Part shown: positions 10,201-19,042 of the stretch, in pieces
How positions within the stretch are numbered: position 1 is the first letter of the stretch
Layout of the letters: every line of letters begins with the position of its first letter
Virus record (IMG/VR): IMGVR_UViG_3300031993_000007
DNA: 64,000 bases
Reading direction: 5' to 3' (one strand)
Source of the DNA: a virus
Lineage: Duplodnaviria > Caudoviricetes
The notes under the pieces: model-generated
The model's database searches: none
What the model was told of the DNA's origin: nothing
Seen by the model: only the letters and a program-made list of their open reading frames with translations
Made by a program: the position numbers and the translations under genes

Positions 10201-11555
10201 TGATTGGCGTACAACCAGTCAAGATATTCAACAACAGACAGAGCAGGCTGGCTGGTCTTGTCATTGATGCTGATAGACTTCATTTCTTTTTCAGAAATCG
10301 GACGTACAGTTCCGTCGGTGTCACCATAGTTCTTCGGATCGAAATGGTAGACTTCATAGCTGTTCTGCCATTCGTTGATAGAACTGCCAGTGATGATGCC
10401 CTTGATACAAGTGTCGCCAACACCCTGAATGTCAGTCTTCAGGAGATTGATAAAGTCAGCAGTATGGCTGCTACCACCATCGGAAAGCGCAGGATTCAAC
10501 TCGTTCAGGCGAGACAAGAAGCGAGTCTTCCAGAAGCTTTCATCCGACGGATCGTGTTCCGCCTTGGAGCCAACGCTAGCTTCCCTTTCCTGAGTACCAG
10601 TCTTGCCATCGACGTAAGCCGCCAACAGAGACGGAACATCATTTGCTTGAAGAGCAGAGAAACCGGCAACAACTGTAATAGTTGCTTCGGTGCCTTCTTC
10701 AATCTTGACAGCAGAAACCCTCTTGGCCGTACCGTTATCGTCTATTTCGATCTCAACGGCCATAGCCGAAGATTCACGATAACCAAGCTTGCTATCGCCA
10801 AGAGCAGCTTCGTCAGCGGCAGTATGCAAGACATAGTAGTTATTTTCATCTTCCGGATCAGTGGAATTGATGGTGTCAGATACCTTAGCCTCGAACTTGA
10901 GTTCGATGGTTTCATTCCTGACGAGAGACACACGGCGAGCAGCCATCGGAGAATACTTCTTGCGATCATCTGCAATGCCCACATTAAGCATGGCGATCTC
11001 GTCTTCAGTCAAAAGGCCGAGAGAAGTTTCAGGTTCAAAGACTTCGGATTCACCCCTCTTAACCCAACGACCAGCATAGAACTTCGGAAGAAGGACAGAG
11101 TTACCAGAAGACCTGCCCTTAACCATAGTCGGATTGCCGTTAGAAACAGCGACGTATGCATTCCAGACCTTGATCTGGCCTTCAGTGCGCTCAAGGAGCT
11201 TGAATTCGGGTTCGTCGTTAGCGTATTCGCTATTGGCACGATAGCCAATACCAATGCTAAGACCAGCAAAAGTTTCGTCATCCGGGACTACACGGATCAC
11301 CCAAAGGCCACCGCCAGCACGAAGCCACTGAATGGCATTCAGGCCGCTCTGCCCATACTTGTTGTAGTTGGGCTCGCCAAAGTTGAACGTGTACTCCGAG
11401 GGAGAACTAATGTAAGTAGCCTCGTTAGGCATACCCTTCTCGGCTTCCAGCGCAATGAATTTATTGGACAATCCCGATGCAGACACAGTCAGAACGGCAT
11501 TGTCAATAATCCGGCTCTCCGAGTGGGGATGGATGTACTTCATATCAGTACTCAT
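7248..11555 (-). CDS. Contractile tail sheath protein, with large internal insertion
   Basis: N-terminal YIHP..S.IID, AEKG.PN, FGEP, WLRAGGGLWVIRV; PKGSGKWYNRLSV; C-terminal FVGPNRG, LYRNQINYI, VRTLLRL, DVAFTDIIERFAFNFIV. Confidence 0.9.
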   Translation of the reverse strand: MSTDMKYIHPHSESRIIDNAVLTVSASGLSNKFIALEAEKGMPNEATYISSPSEYTFNFGEPNYNKYGQSGLNAIQWLRAGGGLWVIRVVPDDETFAGLSIGIGYRANSEYANDEPEFKLLERTEGQIKVWNAYVAVSNGNPTMVKGRSSGNSVLLPKFYAGRWVKRGESEVFEPETSLGLLTEDEIAMLNVGIADDRKKYSPMAARRVSLVRNETIELKFEAKVSDTINSTDPEDENNYYVLHTAADEAALGDSKLGYRESSAMAVEIEIDDNGTAKRVSAVKIEEGTEATITVVAGFSALQANDVPSLLAAYVDGKTGTQEREASVGSKAEHDPSDESFWKTRFLSRLNELNPALSDGGSSHTADFINLLKTDIQGVGDTCIKGIITGSSINEWQNSYEVYHFDPKNYGDTDGTVRPISEKEMKSISINDKTSQPALSVVEYLDWLYANQLDENLFALGSQFSSTDGGNSGSALEDQNGNVIVTSQGFAIFADEMELRVLTAINTEVLISSPSTGYYDLQKLYFVNDENGNALSSKTSTDPEVAYYNLNNLDERWEAVDLNTAPNESQYVYGTSAYTTKPVVRYTMSSKISSMSEDNIQLFFSDNEGGDRTESFVATDLIALLKKVGGTNFMTFAPDENENGNTIVKFGNICNGKGYLSAAEYQTLVDESSDLANLFVEETPGKYVFRTTTFTASEFPQELISGSFRNLVNTEGTGMYLKMSESNTYLLNVEAINSWYAQLKTNSFLREMIRNADCTVEGDGDNGSTTVDIHYAPSYRSVFIDSDSLWGIRMVFDATALDTSFFTAKAAKDDPDHPVVITGKSTGEYAYYPERKVVAHYKTGGSKGNFEPNADYSHAGYNAIGFVATPYSVFDLQGSSYHADDDEVIEQRANSAKGRVVGSTLDKIQTRDIASLRPQSACYAEFLRFLPKGSGKWYNRLSVNLAYDDSMDRTYTEWSMFRLTISEKLDGGEVSREAFNVSLDPDAVSAAKESLFIEDVVNRFSKYLTCVVNYDNLSNFIDAKIGVHTDDNKPIEDEDGNEIVVPVDAVVKYIYNQIDLDQFNDRIFGEGYKETALAQYEIKSLMSAIGYDTNLCHLDTTLYDDEGEQTYLEPFVSLYLFQTLSSTNSLYLGGGSHGRGWGYEHENEEGELITNSTLEEALVKAYNGTTDAIVTNINLCVFDMVMDCNYPVMVKTAMNELSSVIRQDCVTILDQGISTANAQQAIDMRKNSMNYDTFYTSIFTQHLEITDEWSGKPVKVTPTFFLASKIPLNDTAYSPAVNFVGPNRGVVSGFNSVSWIPTEPEKDQLYRNQINYIERDNIATVFATELTTQTKNTPLTLIHAVRTLLRLRRSMVAVSRNYRSEFATSDVYGLLQTELNEIATSYVLAGGYEYITPVINTSDYDRQQRICRVDVDVAFTDIIERFAFNFIVNRV

Positions 11556-11625
11556 ACTGTCCTCATTTGAGTAGATTGTTTTAAGTTTACGGACTTCGGT
11601 GGAAGTCCGCTTATGGATTGTTACC

Positions 11626-11637
11626 TAATGAAAAGTT
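11626..11637 (-). promoter_or_regulatory. Putative late promoter AACTTTTCATTA
   Basis: Motif upstream of sheath; leader contains hairpin CGGACTTC/GAAGTCCG. Confidence 0.55.
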
Positions 11638-11669
11638 TCTAGGGCCTTTATAGAATCTTTGAAATTTAT

Positions 11670-11697
11670 AAAAGCCAAGCTCGGTGGCTTGGCTTTT
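11670..11697 (-). terminator. Intrinsic terminator
   Basis: AAAAGCCAAGC...GCTTGGCTTTT. Confidence 0.7.
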
Positions 11698-11701
11698 AGA
11701 A

Positions 11702-12427
11702 CTAAAAGTAGAGAATTTCCTCGGTAGGAGCTATAGTCTCTTCTCGGCCAGTTTTAGAATTAATCAAGCCACTAAGGATGGCATCACCGATGTTTTCAAA
11801 GGCCAATCCTCCGAAAGTACTAGCCATTGCTGGAAGTTCGTTAATCTTTATGGTCTGGTATCCGGATTCAGCTCCAGTCTTTCCAGCTACCACTCTGAAC
11901 GGGGTACGCAGATCCTTTTCGTCTCTAGCAAGTTCGCCCATCAGAAGTTCCACAATAGAGTCAGGAACACCGATATTAACTCCGTTAAACGAAGCGTTCT
12001 GAAGAAGGTTCTCCGGGAGCTGGCTGTACTTCAGATTATTAGGGATCTTGCCATTAAGAATGAAAGTCAAAAATCTGTTAGCCGCTTTAGAGTTTTGAAC
12101 GTGGATAGCATCTTTGAAAAGAATTTCACCTTTGTGTGCAGTAAACACACGATATTCTTCTGGAGTTGAATCCAGCTTAGAGAACGTCCTAGTAACCTTA
12201 GAGTTTTCAGTACTCATCACATGGACAATCACCGGGCAATTCATTTCCCACAATTCAGGAGTCTTGAGGGTGCTATCCCAGATCTCAAGAGTCATAATGC
12301 CTACAGTATCTACTTGGTTGCCAAGTTCTGTAGCCATATCGATGCCGAAGTAATATGACGGAATGTACACATTAATCTTTTCAGCTTCGACGATATAATC
12401 ATTATTTTGAGCTTTTAAGTACTTCAT
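11702..12427 (-). CDS. Phage multisubunit RNAP, stand-alone beta-prime C-terminal piece (probably virion RNAP)
   Basis: NGVNIGVPDSIVELLMGELARD resembles RpoC QGVKINDKHIEVIVRQMLR; STFGGLAFENIGDAIL resembles SFISAASFQETTRVL. Start 12427, alternatively 12445. Confidence 0.65.
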   Translation of the reverse strand: MKYLKAQNNDYIVEAEKINVYIPSYYFGIDMATELGNQVDTVGIMTLEIWDSTLKTPELWEMNCPVIVHVMSTENSKVTRTFSKLDSTPEEYRVFTAHKGEILFKDAIHVQNSKAANRFLTFILNGKIPNNLKYSQLPENLLQNASFNGVNIGVPDSIVELLMGELARDEKDLRTPFRVVAGKTGAESGYQTIKINELPAMASTFGGLAFENIGDAILSGLINSKTGREETIAPTEEILYF

Positions 12428-12429
12428 AA

Positions 12430-12478
12430 CAATATCGAGTTGCATAGAAATCCGGTAGGCCCAAACGAGCCTACCGGA
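12430..12478 (-). promoter_or_regulatory. Terminator-like hairpin followed by late-type promoter AACTCGATATTG
   Basis: TCCGGTAGGC/GCCTACCGGA at about 12451-12478; motif at 12430-12441. Confidence 0.5.
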
Positions 12479-12514
12479 AGACATATGAGGACAACACTAG
12501 AGTTTGCGCCTAGA

Positions 12515-13318
12515 CTAGAAAGCTGCTTCCTTGATGTTATATTCAACCACCGAATTGAAATCCACAAGGGCCTGACTAAAGACTTCAAGAGCTTTAAAGT
12601 CGATCTTCTTCAGATCTTCTTCGGGCATAGCCCTTGCAGCCATAATAGAGGCAGAGACAGCGTTTGCGTTCTTAGTAAGCTGGAGGCACATAGGAGCAAC
12701 GTCATAAGTACCTTCAGTCTTTGCTAAAGCCTTGGCGGCAAAAATGAGGTGGGTGCCAAGAGTACTAAGCAAATCATGGTTGGCATACTGAACTGCGGAC
12801 AGGGTATCAGCATTATTCGCCTTGCTAATGTCCTTTCCAAGAGCATTGTTAAACCACTTTTTAGCGGCAGCAATTGCTTCTTCGTCGTTACGCAATTCAG
12901 CGCATTTTTCGGCAACATAGGCATTAGCTAACTTCTTAAGCTCAAATGCATCAAGAATATTAGCATTAATACGCAATGCAGCACGGATTTTAACTTCTTC
13001 AGTCTTTGCACGACGGCGACGAGCCTTTCCAGACTCACCGTTCTTTCCAATAAAGACTTTCTGCTTAGAAAGGTAGGCTTCTGGATTTTCCGCAGTGAGC
13101 TTTACCTTTTCATAGGAACTGTTGAAGAATTCCATGAAGTCTTTAAAGGTGTGCTTAGCTAAGGTGCTGTTGGCTTTAGCCTGGAAATCTTCCAAGGAGA
13201 TCTCTTCATTTTCAAGCTTATCACCAAGAGTGTTTAGATCTTCTTGGAGATCGCTGACTTCTTTCTTAAGAACCTTGTCAGATTCAATTTCTTCAGGGGT
13301 GGGTGCTGTGTTATTCAT
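12515..13318 (-). CDS. Hypothetical helical protein (likely virion/morphogenesis)
   Basis: 267 aa, in terminase operon, biased codons. Confidence 0.8.
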   Translation of the reverse strand: MNNTAPTPEEIESDKVLKKEVSDLQEDLNTLGDKLENEEISLEDFQAKANSTLAKHTFKDFMEFFNSSYEKVKLTAENPEAYLSKQKVFIGKNGESGKARRRRAKTEEVKIRAALRINANILDAFELKKLANAYVAEKCAELRNDEEAIAAAKKWFNNALGKDISKANNADTLSAVQYANHDLLSTLGTHLIFAAKALAKTEGTYDVAPMCLQLTKNANAVSASIMAARAMPEEDLKKIDFKALEVFSQALVDFNSVVEYNIKEAAF

Positions 13319-14141
13319 TAGGTTTTCCTTTGTAGCGCTCAGAGAGCAAAGAGTAAACTTTCATCGTAAGCTGACGAAGGCTATCTGGAGACTCTAGGAT
13401 ATCACCGATATAAGCCTTCTCAAGGTTAGGAATATTGACGGCTTCGAATTCTTCGATGACCATAGCATTCTGCCATTCATCTTCCAGACCCTTTGTAAGC
13501 TCAGATAAGAAGTCTTCGACTTCGAAACTTCCGCTCAAAATGTCTTTGGTGATGTCATCGATACGATCCAGAACTACAGCGCAGTCAAGACTCTTAGCCT
13601 TGCGCCTTGCGTCTTTAGCTCCAAGATCCTGACGATTGACAAGCGGCTTATAGGTTTGAACCAGAGCCTTGAAGTTACGATTAACCATGTTGTAGACATA
13701 GTTAACAAGATTTTCAAGACGATAAGTCACCAAGAACTTGTAGAGAGCTTCAATGAAGTTATGAAGTTCACTGGACTCAAGATCCTTCAGGCTTCCAAAG
13801 GCATTAGAGTTTTCATCAATGCCAATGTAAGACTTCATAATACTAAAGAGCTTCTGGCGAAGATCACTGGTATAAGTATTGATCACCCCGAGCTTTTCAG
13901 CATTAACTTCAGGCTGTTCAGAGAGAGACTTTCGAAGGATACTGATAGAATTGAACAGCGGACTGAACTTGTCTTCAGGTTCAAATTCTGCAATATGATT
14001 GAGGTTCTCAATCTGGTTCATCAAAGCATCTTCCATAGTCCGGATGTCCGGGCTAATGGTTGTGCTATTGCTAGTAATATCTGCATAGTTATCTATGGCT
14101 TCAAATTTGTCAAAGACTTCATTTACTGGTTTTTCTAGCAT
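13311..14141 (-). CDS. Hypothetical protein in terminase operon
   Basis: 276 aa, abuts terminase stop. Confidence 0.8.
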   Translation of the reverse strand: MLEKPVNEVFDKFEAIDNYADITSNSTTISPDIRTMEDALMNQIENLNHIAEFEPEDKFSPLFNSISILRKSLSEQPEVNAEKLGVINTYTSDLRQKLFSIMKSYIGIDENSNAFGSLKDLESSELHNFIEALYKFLVTYRLENLVNYVYNMVNRNFKALVQTYKPLVNRQDLGAKDARRKAKSLDCAVVLDRIDDITKDILSGSFEVEDFLSELTKGLEDEWQNAMVIEEFEAVNIPNLEKAYIGDILESPDSLRQLTMKVYSLLSERYKGKPNE

Positions 14142-14142
14142 G

Positions 14143-16023
14143 TTATAGCCTGTTTAGTGAAAAGATTTTTCTGGCCTTGTTGTTGGATTCCTTGATAAGA
14201 TCATCAAGCGTTCTGACACGTTCGGTAACGACCGTAGGACGGACATAAGCATTTTCTCCGCCACGTTCTTGATGAGCATATCTCTTACGCCTAAATAGAT
14301 TTATAGACGCAAAGGTCATAGCGTATCTTCCAATCAGGTAAGAGAAGATATCGTCGTCATGCTCGCCTTGAGTATGTTCAACCTTTCCATTTTTCTTGCG
14401 CTCAAGAGTTTTGAGTTGTTTATGGATCCAACGGCTACGAAGCTTAGACGGCTCCTCGGCCACATACAAAAATAAGTTCGAAATCATAGAATCTCGAGAG
14501 CTTACATTGGTAGAGACACCGTATTCACGCTTTTCCTTCGGGCCTTTTATCAGCGAGCCGTCAGGTTTATTATCACGAACCACCGTATAGAATACCTTGG
14601 GCTTAGTGATAGGATTCTCCAGTAGTGTGGTGATCACATCAAGACCATAGGAGTTTCGTTCTACAACTATCGTGGAGTTGGGGAAGATTCGTTCAGAAAC
14701 CTTTCCAACTATCCTAGCAAAAGGCAATGGCACAATTCTGTTGGATCTAAAGTATCCGATTGTATGACCGTCAAAGGCATCCAACACGGTCATAGTGCTA
14801 AAGTCATCTCCAGATCCAGCGCCAACGTCACAAGACAGTATCACCGGAGCATAGAAATCCACCGTCTCTAGGAGAGTCAGCTTATGATTGCCAGTGTCAA
14901 AGATAGGCATGAACATCTCTTGCTCTTCTTTGACAATGTATCTATCAACAGTTTCTAGCTCTTCTTCAGTGAACGGGCTCTTGTCAGAAGATAAAGTCCA
15001 TTCCAAGTCAATTTCACGTTTGATCTTTAGACGATCGTTGTTCAATTCACGACACTGCTTACGATACCACTTCTGGTCTCGACCTAGCTGTTGCCAAGTG
15101 AATTCAATATGCACAAAGTCGTTTTCGCTATTCTTATCTACATAGTCAGCAAGTTCGCTAACTGGAAGATCATAGAAGATCTTTTCATCAAAGTCTACAG
15201 CTCCATTAATAATGGTAGTCTTGCAGTACTGTCCAGCCGGAAGGTCAATACTATTCGGAGTGGTGGTGATGCACTTCCAGTGAGGGCTAGCATTCTTCGC
15301 AGCAGCTTCAGAAGCGGCAGACAGAGCCGGAGCAGCCGCAGCGTACATGACCCAGTTATAATCCAAGAACGCAAATTCGTCGCACCACAAGATAGGAATC
15401 GTAAGACCACGACCAAGCTTGTCAGCATCTTCTTCAGAATTGGCGCTAGGAATGACGTTGATAGCGTTATTAAGATGCTCTTTACGAGTGAAGTTCTGGA
15501 AGTTTTCGTGGTCTTTCTTCGGGTGCTTCTGTTCTATCAGCCAAGGAGGGAGCAGACGAATGATATCTTCAAAGCGCTGTAAGTTCTTTTCAGCGTCAGA
15601 GAGCTTCTTATTGGCATAGACGATATCAGAGTTTTTAGTACCAAAAAAGAAAGTCCAAGCCATCACGAAGTTAACACCTACGGTCTTACCATTCTGACGA
15701 GGGAGAAGTTCTACCACAGATAAGTTATTCAGCAAGCAATAGGTAAGGGCTAGATTTCCACGATGAAGTTCGTATTGGATAGTGCCACCCGGAACGTTAA
15801 GCCGAGCTACTTCCCGAAGGAAGTACCAAGGATTAATTTTGCATTCACGAATAATTCTGGCTCTCAAATTCGGATCCGTAACGTGATATGGATCTACATT
15901 CTCTAAGAGCTGGTCGTACAGGACTAGAAAGAACTTGTTGTTCCGTATTCCTTGATCTTTAAGAAATTTGTGCATACGAAGAAAGCTTTTATTCTTCGTG
16001 AGCTGATAATGGACTTCAGGCAT
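14143..16023 (-). CDS. terL: Terminase large subunit
   Basis: PRQNGKT (Walker A), LWCDEFAF (Walker B), TTTPN, CDVGAGSGDDFS, VVERNSYG, HDDDIFS. Confidence 0.93.
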   Translation of the reverse strand: MPEVHYQLTKNKSFLRMHKFLKDQGIRNNKFFLVLYDQLLENVDPYHVTDPNLRARIIRECKINPWYFLREVARLNVPGGTIQYELHRGNLALTYCLLNNLSVVELLPRQNGKTVGVNFVMAWTFFFGTKNSDIVYANKKLSDAEKNLQRFEDIIRLLPPWLIEQKHPKKDHENFQNFTRKEHLNNAINVIPSANSEEDADKLGRGLTIPILWCDEFAFLDYNWVMYAAAAPALSAASEAAAKNASPHWKCITTTPNSIDLPAGQYCKTTIINGAVDFDEKIFYDLPVSELADYVDKNSENDFVHIEFTWQQLGRDQKWYRKQCRELNNDRLKIKREIDLEWTLSSDKSPFTEEELETVDRYIVKEEQEMFMPIFDTGNHKLTLLETVDFYAPVILSCDVGAGSGDDFSTMTVLDAFDGHTIGYFRSNRIVPLPFARIVGKVSERIFPNSTIVVERNSYGLDVITTLLENPITKPKVFYTVVRDNKPDGSLIKGPKEKREYGVSTNVSSRDSMISNLFLYVAEEPSKLRSRWIHKQLKTLERKKNGKVEHTQGEHDDDIFSYLIGRYAMTFASINLFRRKRYAHQERGGENAYVRPTVVTERVRTLDDLIKESNNKARKIFSLNRL

Positions 16024-16045
16024 GGCAGGTGGTTCCTAGGTTATT

Positions 16046-16057
16046 CATTTCTAAGTT
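16046..16057 (-). promoter_or_regulatory. Putative late promoter AACTTAGAAATG
   Basis: Between capsid terminator and terminase start. Confidence 0.55.
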
Positions 16058-16066
16058 GAAACAAGA

Positions 16067-16099
16067 TAAAGGGCATAACCTTGATGGTTATGCTCTTTA
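16067..16099 (-). terminator. Terminator after major capsid gene
   Basis: TAAAGGGCATAACC-ttgat-GGTTATGCTCTTTA. Confidence 0.75.
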
Positions 16100-16111
16100 A
16101 TCTTTTGGCAA

Positions 16112-17968
16112 TTAGCCGATGTGCGTGTCGGTCGGGAGGTACGGGGACTGACCAGCGTAGGACATTTCTGCCGCGCTGTTGTTAGTGATCGTAACCTTAC
16201 CGTAGCCAGGAAGCACTTCCTGGAACGTGTAACGACGATGGCACATGATGGTCGGCACACGACCGTTGTTGGGGCTGTTGTAGCCAGAACCCGGCTGTTC
16301 CACCGTGAAGGAGTACGGGTAGAACTTCATGGTCATCTGGTCTTCGTTCGTCGGGATGAACACCATACGGATGAAGCCCTGCGGAACGTTCGGAGAAGCC
16401 ACCATGTTGTAGCTGTAGATGCCTTGGAAGGAACCGTAGCTATAGTTGGAGGTCACACCAGAATGTTCCTTGCCGGAACCAGAGTTGAACACCCAGTCAA
16501 CCTGCGGGAAGAGGTGAGCGTCAAGCGGGTTGCAGATGAGGCTGAAGTAGCCCTGTTCGTAATGGAATTTGTTGATGATTCGGGCGCTCAGGTGATCGAT
16601 GAGCGACGGAAGCACCTTCTTCCATTCAACGGGGTTCATGTTGTAGGAACCAACCGGCTTCGCAGAGAAGGCAGTCGTGAACTGACCCGGATTCTGTTCG
16701 ATGAAGTCGTTGATGTTGGTATCGATGAAGGCGATGGCGTCGAGGTCAACCTTCTGAGCCACAAAGTTCGACATGACTTCGAGAAGACGAGTAACGCCCT
16801 GGAAGTTGAACATGCGGAGAAGGTCAGTGATGTACTCGTTCGGCACCGGAGCTTCGAGGTGTTCGCCGTCGCCGATATCGACTTCCTTGTCACGGATGTC
16901 GAAGCCAACCTGAATATTGGCATTGTTCATCCTGCTTGCCACGAAGGCACGGATCATCACGAAGTCGAGCTTACCAGCCACGCAAGTACCGGAGAAACGA
17001 CCAGTCTTGGTGTCAACGTCGCCGTAGAAGTTGTCCTGAATGGTGACCTTAGCCACGTCGCCAGCCGCACCGTCAACGCAATCAGCGTCAACTTCGAGAG
17101 AAATAGCGATCGTACCCTTGAAAGCCATCACACGAGAGGCAACCTGGATCTTGATGTTCTTGATGAGGTCGTCAGCAGTCACGGTTTCACCATTGACAGT
17201 GAGAGCCTTGGTGAGAGCCACAGCCTGACCATCAACGACAACAATGTCGCCAACAGCCGGAACCTTGAAGCCAGCCTGAACGATAGAGAAGTTGACATCA
17301 ACTTCGTCGTTGCCCATAATGGCCTTTTCTTTGAGAGCGAGAATGGCATCATACTTCGGAGAAGAACCCTTCTTGTAGTTCGTGGTGTTGGTATCGTTAC
17401 CAGCCATGTCCACGTCCTTACCAGTGAAGAGGTTCATGGAGAAGCAGTTGTTGGTGAACTGGAACTTCACGTCTTCAGCGAGCTTCACCTTGGAAACAGC
17501 GTCACCCACGTCAGCGAGGTCTTCCGGAGCGTAGTGCTTGATGCCGTCCAGCGGATTCATGATCCACGGATGCCAGTAGTTGATCGCGAACTTCGGCTTT
17601 TCAACAGCTTCGGTCGGGATGGCCTTGGGCATGCACAGACGAGCCCAGCTCTTACGGAGCATCGGGGTCGAGAGGAAGGACATCGGAGCAACAGTGCCGA
17701 TAGCACCACCTTCGTTGGCGAGAGCATCGAGACGGTTGTTCTTAGCCATCTGCGTGAAGGCTGCCTGTTCATCGGAGCTCAGCTGAGCAGCGAGAAGTTC
17801 AGTATAGCGGTTATGAAGATTTTCGTCGTTCAACACTTCCTCGAAGTCCTTAGCACTAAAGACGTTGAGGTCGGTCGTCTTGAATTCTTCAGCGCATTCT
17901 TTAAGAATGCCAGCAAAAGAGTCATTGCAACCCTTCGTCTGGGCACTTTGAATGTACGAGATAGACAT
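16112..17968 (-). CDS. Major capsid protein (precursor)
   Basis: 618 aa; most extreme codon bias in window; next to terL; helical N-terminal propeptide ending ALANE/GG then PMLRKSW; C-terminal FYPY...RRYTF pattern of large myophage capsids. Confidence 0.75.
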   Translation of the reverse strand: MSISYIQSAQTKGCNDSFAGILKECAEEFKTTDLNVFSAKDFEEVLNDENLHNRYTELLAAQLSSDEQAAFTQMAKNNRLDALANEGGAIGTVAPMSFLSTPMLRKSWARLCMPKAIPTEAVEKPKFAINYWHPWIMNPLDGIKHYAPEDLADVGDAVSKVKLAEDVKFQFTNNCFSMNLFTGKDVDMAGNDTNTTNYKKGSSPKYDAILALKEKAIMGNDEVDVNFSIVQAGFKVPAVGDIVVVDGQAVALTKALTVNGETVTADDLIKNIKIQVASRVMAFKGTIAISLEVDADCVDGAAGDVAKVTIQDNFYGDVDTKTGRFSGTCVAGKLDFVMIRAFVASRMNNANIQVGFDIRDKEVDIGDGEHLEAPVPNEYITDLLRMFNFQGVTRLLEVMSNFVAQKVDLDAIAFIDTNINDFIEQNPGQFTTAFSAKPVGSYNMNPVEWKKVLPSLIDHLSARIINKFHYEQGYFSLICNPLDAHLFPQVDWVFNSGSGKEHSGVTSNYSYGSFQGIYSYNMVASPNVPQGFIRMVFIPTNEDQMTMKFYPYSFTVEQPGSGYNSPNNGRVPTIMCHRRYTFQEVLPGYGKVTITNNSAAEMSYAGQSPYLPTDTHIG

Positions 17969-18059
17969 TGTAGTTACCTTAATTAAGGAGGTTTGTGTTT
18001 ATCTGTCCAAGGACAGACTTTAGGAAATTTGAACCGTGCGCACGATGCTTGGTTCTTTC

Positions 18060-18071
18060 TAATCTAATGTT
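18060..18071 (-). promoter_or_regulatory. Putative late promoter AACATTAGATTA
   Basis: Exact AACA-N6-TA, about 90 nt upstream of capsid start. Confidence 0.6.
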
Positions 18072-18131
18072 ATCCGTAAACTGGAAAAAATAACCGCTTT
18101 CGCAAAAAATCTGAATTTTAGCCATAAAAAT

Positions 18132-18158
18132 CCACGATACGAACAAATCGTATCGTGG
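18132..18158 (-). terminator. Intrinsic terminator
   Basis: CCACGATACGA-loop-TCGTATCGTGG then T-run. Confidence 0.75.
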
Positions 18159-18174
18159 CTAAGCAAAATATAAG

Positions 18175-18942
18175 TTAAGCTTCTGCGTTCTCTTTTCGGA
18201 TTTTTCTGATGGTCTCCGTCATGAGGGATACCTTCTTTTCAAGAACCTTATAGATTTCAGTAGCCTTTTCCATGTCAATAGTCTTGAAGTCAAGACTGAT
18301 GGCATACTCTAACTGACCCTTGGTCACCAGCAAATCCTTCTGAATTCGGAGCAGTTTGATTCGGCTGTCGGTTGTTACCACCTGACCGATGGCTCCAGAT
18401 ACAGCGTCATACAAAACCTGAACGGTATCTTCAAGCTTACGGTGCTTCCTGAATAGATTAATTCGCTCATTGATATCTTGTATTTTCTTGTCGGCATCAG
18501 ATCCTGCATCTTGATTTGGATCTTGAGGAGGTTGCTGGGCATTCGGATCTTGAGCAACGTTAGGATCTTGTCCGCTCTGATCAGGATTTTCCAGATTCTC
18601 GCCAGAACCATTATCCTCTCCGCCCTGAGGTTGTCCGCCAGTGTCCTGATTGTCATCAGGGTTTTCTAGGGACTCTCCGGTGCCATTATCATCTTCACCC
18701 TGCTGATTGCCTTCGCCAGGATTTTCCAAGGATTCTCCGGTATCATTTTCATTGCCGCCTTGAGCTGCTCCGGCATCTTCGCCAGCATTACCACCGCCTT
18801 CATCAGGATTCTCTAGGGATTCTCCTGTGTCATCATCGTCGGCTTTAAAGATAGACACAAACATTTCTTCGTCTTTATCAGAGAAGACTTTTTGTTGTTT
18901 GATAGGCTCTTCAGCTTGTTTGAGAATTTTATCGAAGTACAT
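18175..18942 (-). CDS. Acidic low-complexity repeat protein (candidate head scaffold/internal protein)
   Basis: Four (T/S)GE(S/N)LENP and three QDPN repeats; C-terminal helical domain; next to capsid gene. Confidence 0.7.
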   Translation of the reverse strand: MYFDKILKQAEEPIKQQKVFSDKDEEMFVSIFKADDDDTGESLENPDEGGGNAGEDAGAAQGGNENDTGESLENPGEGNQQGEDDNGTGESLENPDDNQDTGGQPQGGEDNGSGENLENPDQSGQDPNVAQDPNAQQPPQDPNQDAGSDADKKIQDINERINLFRKHRKLEDTVQVLYDAVSGAIGQVVTTDSRIKLLRIQKDLLVTKGQLEYAISLDFKTIDMEKATEIYKVLEKKVSLMTETIRKIRKENAEA

Positions 18943-18961
18943 AATTTATCCTTGAAATTTT

Positions 18962-19015
18962 CATTATGGAGTTTCAACTAATCTGGCATAGCCAACAAGA
19001 GGCTATGCCAGATTA
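18962..19015 (-). promoter_or_regulatory. 15-bp terminator hairpin then late promoter AACTCCATAATG
   Basis: TAATCTGGCATAGCC/GGCTATGCCAGATTA at 18979-19015; motif at 18962-18973. Confidence 0.6.
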
Positions 19016-19042
19016 TCTATTTGAGGAGAAACACTCTATAGA

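Noticed and set aside
7185-11570. Long plus-strand ORFs (714 aa and 705 aa) opposite the sheath
   Set aside because: Antisense shadows caused by avoidance of TTA/CTA/TCA codons in the real gene; no motifs, no SD, atypical composition.
7248-16023. Intein or intron in sheath or terminase
   Set aside because: No intein His-Asn-(C/S/T) terminus or homing-endonuclease motif seen; frames are continuous.
16121-17986. 621-aa plus-strand ORF opposite the capsid gene
   Set aside because: Same codon-bias shadow; co-extensive with the sense gene.
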